Positions 58,261 to 64,000 of a stretch of DNA of 64,000 bases are shown one piece after another; the stretch's first letter is position 1; each line of letters starts with the position of its first letter. The DNA is from a virus, in the IMG/VR virus record IMGVR_UViG_3300031853_000033, positions 3,494-67,493 of that record; one strand, given 5' to 3'. The position numbers and the translations under genes were made by a program. The notes under the pieces were generated by a model that made no database searches, was not told where the DNA came from, and worked only from the letters and a program-made list of their open reading frames with translations.

Positions 58261-58452
58261 TTATTTCTTGTGGAATATCGTTCCGAGAATCCATAACACC
58301 ACCCATATGCCCACTGACAATTTCCATGAAAACGCAAAGCTGAATGCCCACGAAAGCAGCTTTACAATTCCGGCTGTTATGAAGAAACTGAGTGCATTTA
58401 TAAACAGTACGATCAATATATATGAAAACAGTACCATTCGTCCTCCCTTCAA
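58261..58452 (-). CDS. Small membrane protein.
   Basis: Two hydrophobic helices across 63 aa. Confidence 0.35.
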   Translation of the reverse strand: MKGGRMVLFSYILIVLFINALSFFITAGIVKLLSWAFSFAFSWKLSVGIWVVLWILGTIFHKK

Positions 58453-58509
58453 AACCTGGCTGTTACCTTCGCAAGGTCATTTAACCGATATCCGGCACCG
58501 AGCATTTAT

Positions 58510-58701
58510 TTATCCGTAAACCATCGACCGAATCTTCGAAGCCTTTCCGAGAACCTCGACTTCCACAAGACGATTTTCTCCGTAAGTGATTTTCGAAGAT
58601 TTGCTGTCAATCGACTCAATTCCTTTAATCCATTTCTTCCTGAGTATCGCCGGACTTCTGTCATCTTTATGCTCCAATGTGATGAATTCATCCTTCACTG
58701 C
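58510..58701 (-). CDS. Hypothetical small protein.
   Basis: Start placed at MAVKDEF with GGAGAAGAGG RBS. Overlaps the upstream stop by 14 nt. Confidence 0.3.
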   Translation of the reverse strand, partial: AVKDEFITLEHKDDRSPAILRKKWIKGIESIDSKSSKITYGENRLVEVEVLGKASKIRSMVYG

Positions 58702-58999
58702 CATCTTTTTCAAACCTCTTCTCCATGGGCTTTCCGCATCCCGGACAAAACCTTGTCTGATTCCTGTTTTTGTAACCGCATCTGTTACAGAAAAACATCT
58801 GCCGTCTGTAAGTGTCTGTCTTCTTCGTGAACCGAATCCAGGTGCCTGTTTTTTCACCGCTGTTCCAGTTATCGGTATAATAAATTTTGCAGACAGGTAT
58901 ACCGTTCTCCTGTTTCGCAGACAGCATTACTCTTCCGGTCTCGTTCAAGGTACTGAGCGGTACGGGTATCTCGATAATGCCGTAACCTTTGTCTGTCAA
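58688..58999 (-). CDS. Zinc-ribbon protein.
   Basis: C-terminal CNRCGYK...CPGCGKP. Confidence 0.4.
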   Translation of the reverse strand: MTDKGYGIIEIPVPLSTLNETGRVMLSAKQENGIPVCKIYYTDNWNSGEKTGTWIRFTKKTDTYRRQMFFCNRCGYKNRNQTRFCPGCGKPMEKRFEKDGSEG

Positions 59000-59005
59000 T
59001 CGCTG

Positions 59006-59284
59006 TCACCTCATTCTTCTGATTTCGTCAAAGGCTTCATCGACACAGTCAAGCATGTTCAGCCTGCCGGCATCGTAGCCGTTTTCCCATGCTTTGCGAA
59101 CAGCCTCTGCACTGGTCAAATTCGACTGTTTCATCAGTCTGCTGATACCGACATCATCGAAAACCAGAGTGTTAAACCCTTTAATTTTGTAAAGCAGTTT
59201 GCCGTCCTTACTGAGAATGATTTCTCCGATTTCGATTACGAATTTGTCACCTACTTTTATGTCACCTTTACTAGATGTATTCAC
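59006..59284 (-). CDS. Hypothetical protein carrying the GDKFVIEIG domain.
   Basis: Start moved to GTG 59284 (RBS AAGGAAGGTGA); the 5' part of the six-frame ORF is the alternate frame of the upstream gene. Confidence 0.35.
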   Translation of the reverse strand: MNTSSKGDIKVGDKFVIEIGEIILSKDGKLLYKIKGFNTLVFDDVGISRLMKQSNLTSAEAVRKAWENGYDAGRLNMLDCVDEAFDEIRRMR

Positions 59285-59945
59285 GAATATCACCTTCCTT
59301 TCCCCACTGATCGGCCATAGCTTCTGCAATCCCTGGAAACGTCTTACTTCTTGCTTTTGAACGCTCGTCCGGTGGAAGACCCCAACTGTAAGCGTGCCAA
59401 GGCGAATCAGTGCTGTTTCCTGTAATAACAGTTGTTGGCTCAATAATATTTGTTGGTCTTAATGGCTCAAGTCCTTTAAGCCAAAGACAAGTTTTCTTCT
59501 TTGCATCGTCTCCGAAGTAGTACGGATGTATAACGCAGTCGGGTTTCCTATATGCGGTATTCATGATACCAACAGGATTTTCCACAGCGATCCTGTCACA
59601 ATCAGCTAGGATGAAATGCATGAAGAACACAATTGCCTTATATCTGTCTTTGTATCTTTGCCTTGCTTTTTCTCCGTACTTTTCGATGTTGAACCAACTG
59701 TTGCCAGTTACGGTCAAATATGTGCAAGGTGGATGTGCGATAATCAGATCCCATTTCGAATCAATTCGTACCTTATGTCCTGTCATCGTTATGAATTCAC
59801 AATGACCGTTCAACAGCGGAAGACAATCACTTTTGATATGCCATTCCGGATGACCGCCTGACGGATTCAAGATGTCGCAGCTATACGCTTCGTGTCCTCT
59901 CTTCCGAAAGGCTTCGCATACTCTTTGTGATTCTTCACACGCCAC
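59271..59945 (-). CDS. Compact Dcm-fold-like protein (C5-pyrimidine methyltransferase-like motifs IV 'PPC' and VI 'ENPVG'; no FxGxG motif, no TRD), paralogue A.
   Basis: DLIIAHPPCTYLT, DRIAVENPVGIMNT. N-terminus (I)KVLVACEESQ positioned like motif I. Canonical ATG replaced by ATA (in-frame GTG follows). Confidence 0.45.
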   Translation of the reverse strand: MACEESQRVCEAFRKRGHEAYSCDILNPSGGHPEWHIKSDCLPLLNGHCEFITMTGHKVRIDSKWDLIIAHPPCTYLTVTGNSWFNIEKYGEKARQRYKDRYKAIVFFMHFILADCDRIAVENPVGIMNTAYRKPDCVIHPYYFGDDAKKKTCLWLKGLEPLRPTNIIEPTTVITGNSTDSPWHAYSWGLPPDERSKARSKTFPGIAEAMADQWGKEGDIREYI

Positions 59946-60016
59946 AAGTACTTTTATTTAAATTCACCCCCATTGCTCTGCCATTGCTTTTGCTATTCCT
60001 CCGAATGTCTTGCTTC

Positions 60017-60637
60017 TTACGCCGCCGTCTCTTGTATATGTATCTTCCCAAACTCTGACTTTCCCGAATGGAAGAACACCGTACAGTTCACGGTTGTTTG
60101 GTTTTTCTCCTCTGTAGGTTGGGATAAGTGGCGGCAATCCTTTAACCAAAAACACGTTTTCTTTGTCACAAAATTATCTTTATCTTCCGGACCATCGCTA
60201 AACATGTACGGGTCTATGCATTGATCGGGTTTTCGGTAACAAGTGTTCATAACTCCTACCGGGTTTTCGATTGCTATCCTGTCGCAATCAGCATTGACGC
60301 AATCCATAAAAAACCTCATACCCTCTATCCTGTTCAGTGTCCGTGCGTTAATCCAATTCAGAGGAGTCATCCTGATGCTGTGCTGCCTTGTAGCAACATT
60401 GCTGAGATACGTACAAGGTGGATGAGCAATGATTAAGTCCCATCTGTTTATGTGTATCTTTTCACCTGTTTGTAATCTCATCGTGCCACCGTTAAGTACC
60501 GCCCTGGCATCCATTAAAATGTGCCATTTCGGAACCCCCGTACATTTTTGAATGTCACAGGAGTAGGCTTCATGGCCTTTTTCACGGAATGCCTTACACA
60601 CTGTCTGCGACTCCTCGCAAGCTATCAGTACTTTCAT
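60017..60637 (-). CDS. Compact Dcm-fold-like protein, paralogue B; C-terminus out of frame (1-nt A-run indel near 60140).
   Basis: MKVLIACEESQTV..., DLIIAHPPCTYLS, DRIAIENPVGVMNT. The frame-shifted tail ...FGGIAKAMAEQWG is recovered in overlapping ORF 59964..60155 and matches paralogue A's C-terminus. Confidence 0.45.
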   Translation of the reverse strand: MKVLIACEESQTVCKAFREKGHEAYSCDIQKCTGVPKWHILMDARAVLNGGTMRLQTGEKIHINRWDLIIAHPPCTYLSNVATRQHSIRMTPLNWINARTLNRIEGMRFFMDCVNADCDRIAIENPVGVMNTCYRKPDQCIDPYMFSDGPEDKDNFVTKKTCFWLKDCRHLSQPTEEKNQTTVNCTVFFHSGKSEFGKIHIQETAA

Positions 60638-60825
60638 TAAGCCTTTTCTGTCATCCTTTCTGCTTTATCTTTTGTGAGTGAGAACCTCATCCTTACGGAC
60701 ATACAGCTTTTTAAGTCCTCTCTGATTTTATTTTTCAGATCCTCCGAAGCCATAAACCGCTCATACAGTATGCCCAACTTGTCTTTGCCCATCGGCTCTT
60801 CTTTCAAATCATTGCCAAGCAGCAT
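60637..60825 (-). CDS. Hypothetical small protein.
   Basis: 62-aa ORF. Confidence 0.3.
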   Translation of the reverse strand: MLLGNDLKEEPMGKDKLGILYERFMASEDLKNKIREDLKSCMSVRMRFSLTKDKAERMTEKA

Positions 60826-60827
60826 CC

Positions 60828-61148
60828 TTACTCCTCAATAATCGTTATCCCGTACCTTCTTGCCACTTCATGCTCGATCAAGCATCCTCTTGCGTCTTTC
60901 CAACCTCGGCAGAAAAATACGATGTCGGAAGTTGCCATCGCCACTAATGCCTTTGCGAGAAGCATGGCATTTGTACGTTCTGACTTGTCGGTTTTTAACT
61001 GGATGTAAGTATTGAAATTGCTGTCGATAAGCTCGATAGGTTCTTTCAGCAATCCGGTCAAAAAGTCTTTAGCATGTTCTCTCTCCCCGATAATTTCCTG
61101 ATCGGTCTTCCCCTTCATCGGCTGAGAAATAAAAACGTTTGTTGCCAT
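60828..61148 (-). CDS. Nucleoside 2-deoxyribosyltransferase-like / DUF4406-like protein (putative).
   Basis: VFISQPMKGK ... DIVFFCRGWKDARGCLIEHEVARRYGITII resembles the Rossmann-like deoxyribosyltransferase clan. Start at MATNVF. Confidence 0.35.
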   Translation of the reverse strand: MATNVFISQPMKGKTDQEIIGEREHAKDFLTGLLKEPIELIDSNFNTYIQLKTDKSERTNAMLLAKALVAMATSDIVFFCRGWKDARGCLIEHEVARRYGITIIEE

Positions 61149-61317
61149 ATTTGAACATGTCTCCTTTCGTTTATTCAAGTGATTAAACAGGGTAGGTAAA
61201 AAATATATGTGTTTTGTTTTTTATTCACAATACCGCCATGTGAAACCGCCTGCTGTTTTTAATTTTCCTCTTGCTCTGACTATTACATCTGTCAGAAACC
61301 GGCTTCACCGGTTAGCG

Positions 61318-61818
61318 TTATTCCTTTCCTGTACCAATTCTTATCTTGAATCTCTCATAAACTTCTTTCCCGCCATCATCCACCCAGTCCAGATCCACCT
61401 CGTCAAATTCCATCTCAAGTCCGTACTTCCGATGAAATTCTTCGTAACACCCTCTTACACCTACCTTGTCGATGTATTCCGTAGCTTCGTTGAATCTGTC
61501 GATAATCTTCTGGTATGATTTCTGTACGGTCTTCAAATTACCTACCGTCTTGTCCATCGCCACAAGCATTGTGAGGATGTTTCGGACGGACATAAATATT
61601 TCTGTTTCGTACAGCAGTTCCGAAGCGATTTGCGATGCTTTTTCACAGGCTTTGACAGCTTGTTCTTCTTCCATATCACGGAGCCATTTTTCCAAACTGT
61701 TATATCTTGTACCGTCATTCGTGACTATCGTCTTTGGAATGATTCTCTGTGATGAAGCAAAAGCTGCTTCGCCTTTCGCCATCAGTTTCTGCTGTCTTCT
61801 TCGCTCTGCCCTGTTCAT
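61318..61818 (-). CDS. Hypothetical protein.
   Basis: 166-aa ORF in operon. Confidence 0.4.
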   Translation of the reverse strand: MNRAERRRQQKLMAKGEAAFASSQRIIPKTIVTNDGTRYNSLEKWLRDMEEEQAVKACEKASQIASELLYETEIFMSVRNILTMLVAMDKTVGNLKTVQKSYQKIIDRFNEATEYIDKVGVRGCYEEFHRKYGLEMEFDEVDLDWVDDGGKEVYERFKIRIGTGKE

Positions 61819-62144
61819 GTCTTCACCTCCACGGGAGGCAGATTTCTCTTTTTGCGGAAGTAATTGAAGAGCGCCAATGATGCACTTCCTTCTTTCCGGA
61901 TCCGTGAATTGATCGGAGAATGCTCTTCGATATCATTGAGGTAGGCGAGGAGAATGTTGTTAAACAGTTCATCCTCCCCATATTTTTTGGAAAGTGCAAC
62001 CATGCTGTTCATGGCTTCTTTCCAGTAATCCTGTCTCTCTTCCGGAGTTGCTATTTGTTTACGCAGCTCCCAGCAATCCTTCATGAACTGACTTTCAATT
62101 TGTTTCCTCTGATCACTTATTTGCGACATCGTCTGCCACACCAC
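61815..62144 (-). CDS. Hypothetical protein.
   Basis: 109-aa ORF with ATGA overlap. Confidence 0.4.
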   Translation of the reverse strand: MVWQTMSQISDQRKQIESQFMKDCWELRKQIATPEERQDYWKEAMNSMVALSKKYGEDELFNNILLAYLNDIEEHSPINSRIRKEGSASLALFNYFRKKRNLPPVEVKT

Positions 62145-63069
62145 CTATGCTGACTATCGGCGTACTGTTGCCGGATACCACAGGAACATCTCCGTTCCAT
62201 TTATCGATCTTTGCTTTCTCAATCAGTTCCGGAGTAAGGCTGTCCGCAATCTTCCTGTTCGCATCGGCTTCTGCTTCGGCCTTGATTTTCTTCGCCTCTG
62301 CTTCGCCCTCAGCTTTGATTTTCGCCTGTTCCGCATTGATAGCAGCTGTCTCTTTGTCCTGCTCCGCTTTGATGAGAGCAACCTCTTTATCCTTCTGTGC
62401 TTGGACATTTGCAGTCTTTTGCTCAATCTGCGCCAGTTCCAGTTCCTGCTGTGCATTCACTTTTCTCTGAACACTCGCCCTGGTTTCGTCATCTGCTTCG
62501 ATGTTGATCAGGCTTACATTTTCAACTATGATTCCGTACGGCTCAAATTTCTCTTTGATGTATTCGGAAAGCGCGATGTTTAAATTTGCCCTCTCTTCTC
62601 CGAGAATTTCCGTGACCGGGTATTTTGCAGTGATTTCTTTCGTCCACGAAATGATATTTGGCTTTATAAAAGAATCTCTGACTTCCTTGCCCGACTGGCC
62701 TTTGAATCTTGTAAACAGATTCGTTACCTTTTCGGAGTCATACCGATATGTGAAGGTCAAATCTACGGTAAGTCCTTTGCCGTCACTGGTCGGTACTTCG
62801 AAACTGTCATCATCTTTTGAATCCCCTTCCGATCCTGCTGTGAGATATGACTGCTCGATACCGATTGAATACAGCGTTACTTCTTTTGTCGGACTCACCA
62901 TGTGCCAACCTTGAGTCAGAACCTCGTCAGATACGCCACCGTTCATCGAATAAACAATACCGACATATCCGGCAGGTACTTTCTCGAACATTGAAATTGC
63001 CGTAACAATCAGTGCAAAAATCACTACTCCTGTAAAAATCGCGCCTATCTTGCCTTTGCTATTCTCCAT
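62113..63069 (-). CDS. SPFH/band-7 (prohibitin/stomatin-like) membrane protein.
   Basis: N-terminal TM helix. SPFH core. Long Ala/Glu/Lys-rich coiled-coil C-terminus (AEQAKIKAEGEAEAKKIKAEAEADA). Confidence 0.8.
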   Translation of the reverse strand: MENSKGKIGAIFTGVVIFALIVTAISMFEKVPAGYVGIVYSMNGGVSDEVLTQGWHMVSPTKEVTLYSIGIEQSYLTAGSEGDSKDDDSFEVPTSDGKGLTVDLTFTYRYDSEKVTNLFTRFKGQSGKEVRDSFIKPNIISWTKEITAKYPVTEILGEERANLNIALSEYIKEKFEPYGIIVENVSLINIEADDETRASVQRKVNAQQELELAQIEQKTANVQAQKDKEVALIKAEQDKETAAINAEQAKIKAEGEAEAKKIKAEAEADANRKIADSLTPELIEKAKIDKWNGDVPVVSGNSTPIVSIGGVADDVANK

Positions 63070-63204
63070 CGTCTTCCTCCATTAATTTCTTGATATAATC
63101 CAAGAAGAATTCTATGTATTCTCCGATTCCTTTAAACAGCCATGAACTTAAAACCCATAGGATGAATCCTCCCAAGAAAATATAAAACAGTAAAATTGGA
63201 TTCA
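63061..63204 (-). CDS. Tiny single-TM membrane protein (47 aa), translationally coupled partner of the SPFH gene.
   Basis: Hand-translated MNPILLFYIFLGGFILWVLSSWLFKGIGEYIEFFLDYIKKLMEEDDGE with AGGAGGT RBS. Its stop overlaps the SPFH start. Absent from the six-frame track (below its length cut-off). Confidence 0.4.
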
Positions 63205-63215
63205 TGCGATACCTC

Positions 63216-64000
63216 CTAGTCGAATACAGGCTCTTCGTCTGCCATCGGGATGAAACCGTCAGATTCCGTATCCCATCCGTATATCTTGTTTTCGACCATG
63301 CTGTTCTTCAGCCTCTTCGTCTCTTTTTCGTACCACAGCGGTATGAAAATGTCCTGATTGCCGCCGTCACGATCCTTCGCTATCTCGATGACGTTTGTAG
63401 CCTGGAATATCGGATTATCTTCTCTCCATCCAAACATCTGCCTTGATAACCTCTGAAAGTCATTGTTGTTTCTGTGGATGATGAATGCATTATCGACAGC
63501 GTTTCCGATATCGGCAGTTCCGGAGATGTCATCCAGTCTTAGGAACCCCATTGCTTTTCTCGGATGAGCGACAAACATGATGTGGCAGTGCATTTCCATC
63601 GCCAATTCATGAAGCGACCATGTAAACTGTGTCTGCGCTTCGTATTTGTTGTCCGACAATCCAGATATATTGAATGCCATCAAGTTATCCAGGATGAGTA
63701 AATCCAGTTTGTCTTTCTCAATTTTCTTCCGGAATTCTTCTTTCAGTGCGACATAATCATTGCCGTACTTGTTGTTGTAGAGAAAGAATTTATCCGACAT
63801 CCACTTGGCAATCAGTTCCCTGTTCTTTTTACTGACGTTAAAATATCCTTCGTACTGCGTAGGCTCTACATGCGCCTTGCCGGCAGCTTGCAGATTCATC
63901 CACCTCATGAAGTTATCGGAAGACAATTCTCCGGAGAAAACACCGGCTTTATTATCATTCTGACAACACTCAAGAATTATTCCGGATACCCATGTTGACT
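63216..64000 (-). CDS. DnaB-like replicative helicase / primase-helicase RecA-fold C-terminal domain; partial, extends beyond the window end.
   Basis: Walker B-like LDLLILDNLMAF and MFVAHPRKAMG sensor-like motifs. The frame is open to position 64000. Confidence 0.55.
   Translation of the reverse strand, partial: STWVSGIILECCQNDNKAGVFSGELSSDNFMRWMNLQAAGKAHVEPTQYEGYFNVSKKNRELIAKWMSDKFFLYNNKYGNDYVALKEEFRKKIEKDKLDLLILDNLMAFNISGLSDNKYEAQTQFTWSLHELAMEMHCHIMFVAHPRKAMGFLRLDDISGTADIGNAVDNAFIIHRNNNDFQRLSRQMFGWREDNPIFQATNVIEIAKDRDGGNQDIFIPLWYEKETKRLKNSMVENKIYGWDTESDGFIPMADEEPVFD

Larger units (their letters stand above)
1..64000. mobile_element. Temperate siphovirus-like phage genome. The whole window is phage DNA in circular/attP permutation, with both ends inside phage genes.
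   Basis: Continuous phage modules (switch, integrase, lysis, tail, head, packaging, replication). No host housekeeping genes. Int is flanked on both sides by phage genes. Confidence 0.8.

Noticed and set aside
1-64000. Prophage-host junctions (attL/attR) or host genes at the window edges.
   Set aside because: Both window ends fall inside phage genes (HU-like at the left, helicase at the right). No host housekeeping genes are seen, and int is flanked by phage genes on both sides. This is therefore treated as a phage genome in attP permutation.

Overview
The whole 64-kb window reads as one temperate siphovirus-type phage genome of a low-GC Gram-positive (Firmicutes-like) host: AAGGAGG-type RBSs, 4-nt ATGA gene overlaps, and no recognisable host housekeeping genes. 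It appears to be in phage (attP) permutation rather than bounded by host DNA. Only the lysogeny genes and one small HTH regulator are on the + strand; nearly everything else is on the - strand. Order along the window: (1-6326) early recombination module with a partial HU-like gene, MBL-fold hydrolase, RecT-like annealing protein and SbcC/Rad50-like ATPase; (6421-9530) genetic switch with a Cro-like gene divergent from XRE repressor, ImmA-type metallopeptidase and large serine integrase, followed by a 50-bp palindromic attP candidate; (9832-41252) lysis, tail, head and packaging genes read leftwards, from TerS-like, HNH, tRNA-Gln and TerL through portal, MuF, an inserted HNH homing endonuclease, scaffold, capsid, connectors, major tail, chaperones with a -1 frameshift, tape measure, Dit/Tal, LRR and collagen-like fibres and a pectate-lyase-type tailspike, to holin and a GH25-CW_7-CHAP endolysin; (41551-44760) a ~3-kb anti-restriction island with RadC-like JAB protein, an acidic protein and ArdA, with divergent consensus promoters and a small HTH regulator, flanked by imperfect direct repeats; (44650-45790) a GC-rich, repeat-rich non-coding block that may be an origin or ncRNA; (45793-64000) replication and nucleotide-metabolism region with DnaN, Dut, a ThyX-like ORF, DUF3310, an orphan NrdG-like activase, a radical-SAM gene split at a G7/C7 homopolymer, a sigma region-4-like regulator, a tandem array of modular DUF551-like paralogues, two Dcm-fold-like paralogues, an SPFH protein with a tiny membrane partner and a partial DnaB-like helicase. 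The most unusual content is the compact Dcm-like pair within the nucleotide-metabolism cluster (possible DNA modification), the polymorphic 'SRQAAIDAL-LPSAQPE' paralogue array, the anti-restriction island and the ori-like repeat block.
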